Made by a program: the position numbers and the translations under genes. A stretch of DNA of 44,760 nucleotides from NCBI GenBank assembly GCA_045863855.1, contig BTVV01000045.1, positions 1-44,760 on the forward strand, in the 5' to 3' direction. Origin of the DNA: Planctomycetota bacterium (lineage in GTDB: Bacteria; Planctomycetota; SZUA-567; H5-PLA8). Every line of letters begins with the position of its first letter. Position 1 is the stretch's first letter. The notes under the pieces are model-generated. The model ran no database searches. It saw nothing but the letters and a program-made list of their open reading frames with translations, and was not told the origin of the DNA. This document shows, one piece after another, positions 1 to 7,840 of the stretch.

Positions 1-627
1 GAGCAGAATGTCCATCGCGCCGTGCATTCGGTGGTGCATCGGGATGCCGCTCTGGCGCAGGAAGTGATCGACAGCGACGATCAGATCGATCAAGCCGAGG
101 TGGATGTCGAAGAGGACTGCCTCAAGATTCTCGCGCTGCATCAGCCGGTGGCGATCGACCTGCGGCTGCTCGTCGCCATTCTCAAGTTCAATAACGATCT
201 GGAGCGCATGGGGGACCTCTCGGTCAACATCGCCGAGCGGACGCTGTTCCTGGCCGGGCGCGAGCAACTGCCGGTGCCCTACGACCTGCCCGAACTCTGC
301 GCCAAGGTTCTGGAGATGCTCAAGAAGAGCCTCGACGCGCTGGTCAATCTCGATCCCGAGATGTCCCGCCAGGTGCTCGCTTCGGACGACGTGGTGGACG
401 CTCTGCATCGGCGCATGTACACGTGGATCAAGGATGCGGTCCGCAAGAATCCGGATCAGCTCGACGATCTGCTGCATTACCTCTCGATCAGCCGCAACCT
501 CGAGCGCATCGCCGATCACTGCACGAACATCTCGGAAGACGTGATCTACATGGTCGAAGGCAATATCGTTCGCCACAACGCCGAACAGGCGAAGCCGAAG
601 CCCGTTCACGCGACGGCCGCCTCGTAA
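1..627 (+). CDS. phoU: Phosphate signalling complex protein PhoU (5'-truncated by window edge)
   Basis: Frame open from base 1. Motifs QPVAIDLR, DLERMGD, LERIADHCTNISEDVIYMVEG are typical of PhoU. Confidence 0.95.
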   Translation, partial: EQNVHRAVHSVVHRDAALAQEVIDSDDQIDQAEVDVEEDCLKILALHQPVAIDLRLLVAILKFNNDLERMGDLSVNIAERTLFLAGREQLPVPYDLPELCAKVLEMLKKSLDALVNLDPEMSRQVLASDDVVDALHRRMYTWIKDAVRKNPDQLDDLLHYLSISRNLERIADHCTNISEDVIYMVEGNIVRHNAEQAKPKPVHATAAS

Positions 628-741
628 TTTGTGCGAGCCGGTGCGGAGACGGTCTGTACAACCCCATTCGCGGGCCTGTACATTCTTTCGCCAAACCCAT
701 ACTTCTCCTCTTGCAACTCCTTCTAAATTCATAGTTCCCTT

Positions 742-758
742 TTGGCACAAGCCGTGCT
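742..758 (+). promoter_or_regulatory. Candidate sigma54 (-24/-12) promoter
   Basis: TTGGCACAAGCCGTGCT with GG(744-745)-N10-GC(756-757), preceded by an AT-richer tract. Confidence 0.55.
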
Positions 759-875
759 GATTCCATGCATGCAAGCAATCGGCGCGGCGGCCTTGGCATT
801 CGCCCCGTCTGCTTCGATGTCCGTGTTGAAGTCGTTCCGAACGCTGAGGCATTCGAGAGATCGAGAGAACCGGGC

Positions 876-938
876 AGGCCCGTTCCCGGCGGATGTCAGG
901 GCTCCCTCCCCGACTCCCCCTTCCGCCGGGACGGGCCT
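876..938. other. Long intergenic stem-loop (possible ncRNA or 5'-UTR structure)
   Basis: AGGCCCGTTCCCGGCGGA (876-893) pairs with TCCGCCGGGACGGGCCT (922-938): 17 bp with one bulge, enclosing an inner hairpin GTCAGGG-CTCCCT-CCCCGAC. Confidence 0.6.
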
Positions 939-979
939 ATCTTTCCGAGCTGACGATAGAGAGAGAGAAGGAAAGCAGG

Positions 980-1561
980 ATGGCGCGCCCCAAAGCATTC
1001 GATCAGACCGAAGTGCTGGATCGAGCGATGGATCTCTTTTGGCGCCAGGGCTACGAGGCGACCAGCATTCAGAATCTGGTCGACCACATGGGGATTAACC
1101 GCGGGAGCATGTACGAGACGTTCGGCGATAAGCATGCGCTTTTCCAGCGTGCCCTGAACCGCTACCTGGACCGCGTCATTGCCGAAAAGCTCGAAGCCGT
1201 GCTCGCCGCATCCGATCCGCTGCAGGGGTTGCGCGCGTTCTTCGAAGACTTCGCCGAACAGGCCGAGCGCGGCGAGGCTTGGCGCGGCTGTTTCCTGGTC
1301 AATGCGATCGTGGAGCTTTCGCCGCGCTGCGAGCGGATGCGCAGTTGCACGCGGGAGGCGATGGACCGCCTGGAAGGCTTTTTCCGGGAGCGCCTGCAAG
1401 CCGCTGCGGCGCGCGGGGAGTTATCGGTGCGCCACGAACCCGTGGCGCTGGCGCGCTATCTCGCCTGTTTCCTGCAAGGCCTGGCCGTGCAGGTCAAATC
1501 CCGCCCCGATCCTCAATCCATTCGCGAAAGCCTGCGCGTAGGGCTCGCAATCCTGGCTTGA
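980..1561 (+). CDS. TetR/AcrR family regulator (NemR/ComR-like)
   Basis: MARPKAFD, FWRQGYEATSIQNL, SMYETFGDK HTH region and GCFLVN in the C-terminal domain. Purine-rich RBS upstream. Confidence 0.92.
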   Translation: MARPKAFDQTEVLDRAMDLFWRQGYEATSIQNLVDHMGINRGSMYETFGDKHALFQRALNRYLDRVIAEKLEAVLAASDPLQGLRAFFEDFAEQAERGEAWRGCFLVNAIVELSPRCERMRSCTREAMDRLEGFFRERLQAAAARGELSVRHEPVALARYLACFLQGLAVQVKSRPDPQSIRESLRVGLAILA

Positions 1562-1626
1562 GCGATTCTGCCGTACCTTAAATACGCGCCGGGGAGTATG
1601 AACCTGTCCGGGGAAGGACGGTTCGG

Positions 1627-2082
1627 ATGGGCGTCATTCTGCTCGAACGCGCGACGCTTGCGCACTACGAAGCGCGGCTCGGCGCGCTGCGTCCGGACAG
1701 CGCGCGGCGCTGGGGCAGCCTTACGCCCATCGGACTGCTGGCGCATCTGTCGCGCACGTTAGAGCTGACGCTCGAGGAAGTGCCCGCCACGGACCAAAGT
1801 ATTCCAGTGCTACGCGTGGCGCTTCGCTTTTTAGCCTACCGTGTGTTGCCCTGGCCGAAGGGGAAGATTCGGGTGCCCGAGTATTTCATGGGCGAGGCCG
1901 GCGCGGACTTCGAAGCCGAGCGCGCCAAGGTCTGGGCCGCGGCGGAGCGCTACTTCGAGGCGCTGGAACGCGAGCCCGCGCGGCGCACGCTGCACCCGCT
2001 CTTCGGGCCGATGACGCTGCGCTACTGGCGGCGCGTGCACGGGCTGCATTGGGACCACCACCTGCGGCAGTTTGGGTTATGA
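1627..2082 (+). CDS. DinB-like / DUF1569 family protein
   Basis: WGSLT...LLAHL N-terminal motif and HPLFGPMT...W...H.DHHLRQFG C-terminal motif. Confidence 0.85.
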   Translation: MGVILLERATLAHYEARLGALRPDSARRWGSLTPIGLLAHLSRTLELTLEEVPATDQSIPVLRVALRFLAYRVLPWPKGKIRVPEYFMGEAGADFEAERAKVWAAAERYFEALEREPARRTLHPLFGPMTLRYWRRVHGLHWDHHLRQFGL

Positions 2083-2436
2083 GCCGAGCAAACGCAAACC
2101 CCAGGGATTGCCGTCCGGATCCCACACATAGGCGCGCGTGAGCGCTTCTTCGCCAGCCTCCTGCGTATTGTACCCGGCGGACTTCGCGCGATTCAGGATG
2201 GCGTTCGGATCCGGCACCTCGACATGGAACTGGTGATTCCCCATACCTGGCTTCATCTCGGGATCTTCGGCCAAGCTGATTTCGAGGCCTTCCAATCGGA
2301 AGTTAAAGGTCCTGCAACCTTGAGACTCGCCAGCGGCCAGTTCGAACTTAAAGACTTCCCTATAAAAGCGCGCCATCTCCTCAAGCCGGCTGGTGCCTAT
2401 GTCAATTTTCCGCAATGCCGAGCGGTCCGTGCGCAT
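2077..2436 (-). CDS. VOC (glyoxalase/bleomycin resistance) family protein
   Basis: MARFYREVF, FHVEVPD, YVWDPDGNPW. AAGGGAGG RBS before ATG at 2436. Confidence 0.85.
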   Translation of the reverse strand: MRTDRSALRKIDIGTSRLEEMARFYREVFKFELAAGESQGCRTFNFRLEGLEISLAEDPEMKPGMGNHQFHVEVPDPNAILNRAKSAGYNTQEAGEEALTRAYVWDPDGNPWGLRLLGS

Positions 2437-2541
2437 ATCGCAAGCCTCCCTTATGGGACCACACATACCGACGAGGCGCGTAGCGCTTAATTAGGCCCAT
2501 TGCGGTTCGTATTTACTGGTTTACTGCTGCGAAGCGGAGCG

Positions 2542-3519
2542 TTACGGCTCCAACACGCGCCGGCCGGGATTTCGATATGCTTTATGGCAGTCCGTACAGT
2601 TGGCCTTCAGCGCTTTGAACGTAGCGTTCAGATCCGCGTGCGGATCGCCGGCGTAAGCGGCCTCTTTGCGCGCGCGCAGGAGCGATTCCATTTTCTGGCT
2701 CAGCTTCTCGCCTTCTTCGAGCCACTCCTTGAAGTCGTCTTTCTTAACGCGCTCGTCGTCGCCGATGCGGTTGGTTTCGTGGTAGTGCTCGCGAAGCTGC
2801 AAGGCCACGTGCGGCGGATCGAGATCGGGATGGTCCGCGCTGGGCTTCCAGCCTACTTCCTTGAGGTGGATGAGGTGCTCGAATTGCAGGTCCATCTCCA
2901 CCATCACGTCGGCCATGGGCGGAACGGGGGTGGTTTCGGGAAAGTTCTCGGGGACCTGTTGCAGGGTTTCGGCTTCGAGGGGCTTGGCGACTTGGGCGGA
3001 CTTGTAGAGGCCCGTATAGCCCGGATCGGTGCCGGCCAGCTTGAGGATGGCCTCGCCCCATTCGGGCTTGATGCGCCCGCACATCACCGCGCCTACGGCG
3101 GTGGCCGCCGGACTGCGATGCTTGCCGTGGTGGCAGTGGACGTAGATCGGACCTTCCAGGACCGTGAAGGCTTTGGCCAAGGCCTGCGCCTGTTCCCGCG
3201 GCACGCCGTCGTAACCGATCGGGAGATGGACATAGCGCAGGCCATACTTCTTCGCCAGTTCCACGTCCGGCTTCGCGCCGTCCACCGTGATCACAGTCTT
3301 GATGCCCAGCTTCTGGAGTTCGGCGAAGGCTTTTTCTCCGTCGGGGACGCCGCCCGAATACAGCGTGTCGTCCACCTTCACGACGTTTTCCAAAGCGCCG
3401 TCGGGGAACTTGACGAACGGAGATTCCGGTTTGGGTGCAGAGGCGTCTTCCGCCTGCCCCGCGAAGCACGCGCTCAGCAGCATGAGGCCAGCACAAAGTC
3501 GCAGCTTGGCTCGATGCAT
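2542..3519 (-). CDS. Exported protein with PTP/DSP-like domain and C-terminal c-type heme motif
   Basis: Signal-peptide-like N-terminus, P-loop VHCHHGKHRS (HCxxGxxRS), C-terminal CTDCH. GAGGA RBS. Confidence 0.8.
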   Translation of the reverse strand: MHRAKLRLCAGLMLLSACFAGQAEDASAPKPESPFVKFPDGALENVVKVDDTLYSGGVPDGEKAFAELQKLGIKTVITVDGAKPDVELAKKYGLRYVHLPIGYDGVPREQAQALAKAFTVLEGPIYVHCHHGKHRSPAATAVGAVMCGRIKPEWGEAILKLAGTDPGYTGLYKSAQVAKPLEAETLQQVPENFPETTPVPPMADVMVEMDLQFEHLIHLKEVGWKPSADHPDLDPPHVALQLREHYHETNRIGDDERVKKDDFKEWLEEGEKLSQKMESLLRARKEAAYAGDPHADLNATFKALKANCTDCHKAYRNPGRRVLEP

Positions 3520-3797
3520 CGGCTGAAATTCCTCGTAGAGCAACGGTACAGAAGAACCCTTAACCGTGCTATTACATCCTGAAGCGGTTGCCATTCGTTC
3601 CAGAATGGGAAAAGGGCCTGCCTCCATGAACTATTGACGGTGACGCGCCTTACCGCACACCTTAGTTTCGAAATAATGCGCGGCCGGTCGGTTGGCCTAG
3701 GCGCTATCAATTAGGGCTTTCCTTGGGGTGGGCGAACCACGATCTTGCGGAGCATTCCCGTTGGCATAAACTAAGCCTCTACCCGGGGCTACGTTTC

Positions 3798-4526
3798 ATG
3801 ACGCTCAGCGAAATCACGACTGCGCTGGTGGCGGATCTGAAGCCCCTCCGCTTCGGCGCTCCGGTGACGCATGTATACAACCCGCTCGAATACGCCCGCG
3901 CACCTTGGGAAGCCTACCTTCAGCGTTTCGGCGCCGCGCCGCGGGAGTTCCTTTGGCTGGGCATGAACCCCGGTCCCTGGGGCATGGCGCAAACCGGCGT
4001 TCCGTTCGGGGAGGTGGAGCACGTTCGGACCTGGATGAAGATCGAAGCGCCCGTCGCGAAGCCGCGGAAGGAACACCCCAAACGTCCGGTTGAAGGATTC
4101 GCCTGCGCGCGCAGCGAGGTGAGCGGCCGGCGGCTTTGGGGCTGGGCGCGGGAACGCTTTGGCGCGCCGGAGCGGTTCTTCGAGCGGTTTTTCGTCGCCA
4201 ATTACTGCCCGTTGGTTTTCATGGAAGCGTCGGGGCGTAACTTCACGCCGGATAAGCTGCCGGCTCAAGAGCGCGAGCCGCTCGAGGCGGCGTGCGACCG
4301 CGCGCTGCGCCGCACGCTCGAATATCTCCGACCGCGCATCGCCTTTGGCGTCGGCGGGTTCGCGGCCGAACGGCTCAAGCGCGTCGCCGAGGGCTTGGAT
4401 GTGGAGATCGGACAGTTGCTGCACCCCAGTCCGGCCAATCCGCACGCGAACCGAGATTGGGCGGGGACCATAGATAAACAATTGCGCGAGTCGGGTATCG
4501 AGCCCAGACGAAGCGCCTCAAACTAA
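3798..4526 (+). CDS. SMUG1-type (family 3) uracil-DNA glycosylase
   Basis: YNPLEYA, GMNPGPWGMAQTGVPFG, SEVSGRRLW, NYCPL, LLHPSPAN. Confidence 0.92.
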   Translation: MTLSEITTALVADLKPLRFGAPVTHVYNPLEYARAPWEAYLQRFGAAPREFLWLGMNPGPWGMAQTGVPFGEVEHVRTWMKIEAPVAKPRKEHPKRPVEGFACARSEVSGRRLWGWARERFGAPERFFERFFVANYCPLVFMEASGRNFTPDKLPAQEREPLEAACDRALRRTLEYLRPRIAFGVGGFAAERLKRVAEGLDVEIGQLLHPSPANPHANRDWAGTIDKQLRESGIEPRRSASN

Positions 4527-4538
4527 GGAGCATAGCCT

Positions 4539-5084
4539 ATGAATCGAACGAGCTTGCGGGCGGTGGCGGCCATCGGCGGCGTTTTGATTGCGGTGAGCTT
4601 GAGTGGCTGCGGCGGCGGCGATTTGCCCAAAACCGCGGACGGCAAGCCCGACTGGCACTTGATGCTGAACGTGGACGGCGTGGAGACGAAGATTCCCGCG
4701 CACCGGCTCGCGGTGTACCTCACCGACGACGAAGAGTACTCCGAAGTCTTCGAGCTCGACGGCCCCGGCCTGATGCTCGCCGGCGCCTGCCCGCTCGAAC
4801 CGCGGGTCGGATACGCCGAGAAGTGGTCCAATATTTTCGGTAAGAGCTACACGATTCAGGCCACGGGCGGGGGCGACCGCGGCGAGCCCAAGAACTCCGT
4901 ATTCACGCTGCCCGGCGGCAAGGCGCAGAACGTCAAAGGCGGAACGCTTACGTTCGAGAAGGTAACCGGTAAGTACACCGGGCAGGATGGCGATATGACC
5001 ATATGGGGAACGATTAAGCTCGAACTCGAAGGCGGTAAGACGCTCGAAGGCACGTTCTGCGTGAATTGCATGACGTGGGGCTAA
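4539..5084 (+). CDS. Hypothetical lipoprotein
   Basis: Hydrophobic signal ending in lipobox LSGC. AAGGAG RBS. Confidence 0.75.
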   Translation: MNRTSLRAVAAIGGVLIAVSLSGCGGGDLPKTADGKPDWHLMLNVDGVETKIPAHRLAVYLTDDEEYSEVFELDGPGLMLAGACPLEPRVGYAEKWSNIFGKSYTIQATGGGDRGEPKNSVFTLPGGKAQNVKGGTLTFEKVTGKYTGQDGDMTIWGTIKLELEGGKTLEGTFCVNCMTWG

Positions 5085-5110
5085 TCGATTTCCGTGCAGT
5101 TGCCGCGGCG

Positions 5111-5935
5111 TCAGCGCACGCCTTTGCGGTAGGCCGTGGGCGTGCACCCGGCCTTCTGCTTGAACTGCTTCGAGAAGAAGTAGATGTCGCGATAACCCAG
5201 CGCCGCGGCGATGGCGCCGATCCCCAGGTTCGTCTCCAGTAGAAGTTGCCGTGCGCGGTCGATCCGCGCGCGCAGCGCGTAGTCTTGAGGGCTTTGCCCC
5301 AGGACTTGCTTGAAGACGCGCGAGAAGTGGTCGGCGCTGTAGCCGTGCGCGGCGGCCAATTCCGCCACCGGCGGCGTGGCGTTGGGGCTCTCGTCGATCC
5401 GCTGGGCCAGGCGCAGGACTCGTTCGCGGTGCGCGCGCTCAACCCCCGCCGGGCCGCTCGCCGCGCGGCTCGAACGCGCGTCGAGGTCCATCAACAGGCC
5501 CGTCAGCAGATGCGTGGCCGTCTCGCGCGCACCTTCGGCGCGGTCGCGCTCCAGTTCGTGAATGCGCCGCAAGATCCCGTCCACGTAGCCGACGTCCGGG
5601 AGGTCGTGGACCAGCGGCGGGATGGGGGCGTCGTACGGCCGCAGGGAGCCGTCCGGGTGTTCGAGCGCGAAATGCCGAAAGCTGACGCCGAGGCGATCGT
5701 CGGGATCTTGCTCGGCCAGATACAAGCCTCCCGGCCGCGCCCAAATGCAGATGCCCGGGCGCAGATTGACCACGCCCTGATGCGTACGCATCACGCCGTG
5801 GCCCGCCCAGACAAACCATAAGTCGTAGTCTTTTAAACGATTAGACCATTCTTGAGCCAGCCGCCAGCCGTGCTCGCAGCGCACTCGGCCCCCGGGAGCG
5901 AGGCGCACGCGCGTCTGAGTCCAGTCGATCACCAT
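5111..5935 (-). CDS. AraC family transcriptional regulator
   Basis: N-terminal cupin-like region. C-terminal double HTH (HFSRVFK...IAAALGYRDIYFFSKQFKQKAGCTPTAYR). Confidence 0.93.
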   Translation of the reverse strand: MVIDWTQTRVRLAPGGRVRCEHGWRLAQEWSNRLKDYDLWFVWAGHGVMRTHQGVVNLRPGICIWARPGGLYLAEQDPDDRLGVSFRHFALEHPDGSLRPYDAPIPPLVHDLPDVGYVDGILRRIHELERDRAEGARETATHLLTGLLMDLDARSSRAASGPAGVERAHRERVLRLAQRIDESPNATPPVAELAAAHGYSADHFSRVFKQVLGQSPQDYALRARIDRARQLLLETNLGIGAIAAALGYRDIYFFSKQFKQKAGCTPTAYRKGVR

Positions 5936-6070
5936 TCATGCAGTATATCGTATAAATACAAATATATCCAGCTTGGCTCCATGGTCCTCCACCGCCGCAC
6001 GAGCGATACTTCTCCTGCGCGCATCGAGCCGTACACGATGGCCGCGCGGAAAACTCCAGGAGCGCTTCGC

Positions 6071-6922
6071 ATGTCCAGCCCCGCCGCCACCCTGCCCGCC
6101 GAGCCGAAGACCAAGACGCCGCGCGATCCGAAGGACGTGCCGGTCAAGCCGGCGGCGCGCGTCTGGACTGAGGCGATGCCGGAAAGCCTGGAGGATCAAG
6201 CCGAGTTCCTGCGCCGCGAAGGCTTCCTGATCCTGCGCGGCGTGTTGAACCGCGACGAACTGGACGAATTGGACCGCGAAGTGGCGCGCTTTGTCCGCGA
6301 TCACCAGAAGCTGCCGCGCGTGCGCGAGGGCTTCAACTTGGAGCCGGTTCAGGACGGGAAGCGCGCGGCGCCGACCTTCCGCAAGATCGGCGGGATGAGC
6401 GACTTTTCGGACGCCTTCCACCGCCTGATGTGCCACCCGCGCATCACGGGCATGCTGCGGCGCGTCATGGGTCCGGTGATCGAACTGTACCGCGACGTGA
6501 TCATGATGAAGCCCGCGCGCGTCGGCCGCGAGAAGCCGTGGCATCAGGACAGCGTCTACTGGCCCTGGAATCCCATGGACCTTTGCTCGGCGATGACGGC
6601 GCTCGACGACGCCGGTCCGGAGAACGGCTGCCTGCAGGTCGTCCCGCGCTCGCAGCATCAGGAATTGCAGCACTACGGGAGCGAATTGCAGCTCGACTTA
6701 AGCGACGAACTTCAGGCGCGGACGTGCTACGTGCCGCTGAAGGCCGGCGACACGCTGCTCTTTCATTCGCTGCTGCTGCACGGGAGCGAGCCGAACACGA
6801 GCGCCCAGGACCGCCGGGTTGCGATCCTCAGCTACAAGACGCCCGGTTTGCGCTACATCGGCAAAGGCCAGGCGCCGGAATCGATCGTGATCCACGACAT
6901 TAAACCGCACGGCTACGTCTAA
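6071..6922 (+). CDS. PhyH-family Fe(II)/2-oxoglutarate dioxygenase
   Basis: EGFLILRGVL, KPWHQD, ENGCLQVVP, LLHGS..N...DRR. CCAGGAG RBS before ATG 6071. Confidence 0.9.
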   Translation: MSSPAATLPAEPKTKTPRDPKDVPVKPAARVWTEAMPESLEDQAEFLRREGFLILRGVLNRDELDELDREVARFVRDHQKLPRVREGFNLEPVQDGKRAAPTFRKIGGMSDFSDAFHRLMCHPRITGMLRRVMGPVIELYRDVIMMKPARVGREKPWHQDSVYWPWNPMDLCSAMTALDDAGPENGCLQVVPRSQHQELQHYGSELQLDLSDELQARTCYVPLKAGDTLLFHSLLLHGSEPNTSAQDRRVAILSYKTPGLRYIGKGQAPESIVIHDIKPHGYV

Positions 6923-6935
6923 AGGAAACCCGTCC

Positions 6936-7796
6936 ATGGCCGAAGCCAGCACCTTGATCGAACAGGCCGTCGCCGAAGAGCACGCGCCCGAGTTGTACAC
7001 GCTCGGGTCGGTCGCCACGCCCTTGAACGGGCTGGGTGCGATCGACGCCGCCGCCGTCGCGCGCTACCGGGCGGACGGGTTCCTGGCCGTCGCGAACGCG
7101 CTTTCGCCGGAGGAAGTGGAAGCCGCCCGCACCGGGCTGACGGCTCTGACGCTGGGCGAGAATCCCGACTTCAAAGGCGTGCTTTTCGAGGCCGCGGCGC
7201 GCGAACGCCTGAGCGAACTGAGCGGCCCCGAGCGCGAACTGGCCGTGCGCAAGCTGTTCAGCTTCGTGAACTTCGACGAACGGCTGGGTCGCCTCGCGAA
7301 CGGGCATGCGCTCCAAGCCGCCGCCTCGAAGCTGATGGGCGGCGCGGAACCGAAGCTCTTTCAGGACATGGCGCTGGTGAAGCCGCCCAAGATCGGGCGT
7401 GAAAAGCCCTGGCACCAGGACTGCGCGTACTTCAACTTCGCGCAAGGTACGCCAGTCGTCGGCATCTGGATCGCGCTGGACGAAGCGACGATCGAAAACG
7501 GGTGCATGTTCGTGCTCCCCGGCGCGCACCGCGACGGTCCGCGGATCCATTGGAAGCGCCGCGACTGGCAGCTTTGCGACCGCGAGATGCTCCGCGTACC
7601 GGCCACCGCGGTCCCGCTTCCGCCCGGCGGCGCGCTCTTCTTCGACGGCCTGCTGCCGCACGGGACGCCGGTGAACAAGAGCGGCAAGCGCCGCCGCGCG
7701 CTGCAGTACCACTACGCGCCCGCCGGCGCCGTACAGGACGCCAAGGAAGAACGGCTCAAGCTGTTCGGAAGCGAAGGCAAAGACGTAAGCTGTTAA
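6936..7796 (+). CDS. PhyH-family Fe(II)/2-oxoglutarate dioxygenase
   Basis: DGFLAV, KPWHQD, WIALDEAT.ENGCM, LPHGT..N.S..RRR. Confidence 0.9.
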   Translation: MAEASTLIEQAVAEEHAPELYTLGSVATPLNGLGAIDAAAVARYRADGFLAVANALSPEEVEAARTGLTALTLGENPDFKGVLFEAAARERLSELSGPERELAVRKLFSFVNFDERLGRLANGHALQAAASKLMGGAEPKLFQDMALVKPPKIGREKPWHQDCAYFNFAQGTPVVGIWIALDEATIENGCMFVLPGAHRDGPRIHWKRRDWQLCDREMLRVPATAVPLPPGGALFFDGLLPHGTPVNKSGKRRRALQYHYAPAGAVQDAKEERLKLFGSEGKDVSC

Positions 7797-7840
7797 GCTG
7801 GCAGGTATCCTGCGCGAAGGTTGTCCGGCCCCGCTTTCCG

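Noticed and set aside
5941..5970. TATATC direct repeat as an AraC operator
   Set aside because: Only 6 bp at 19-bp spacing in AT-rich DNA, too weak to call.
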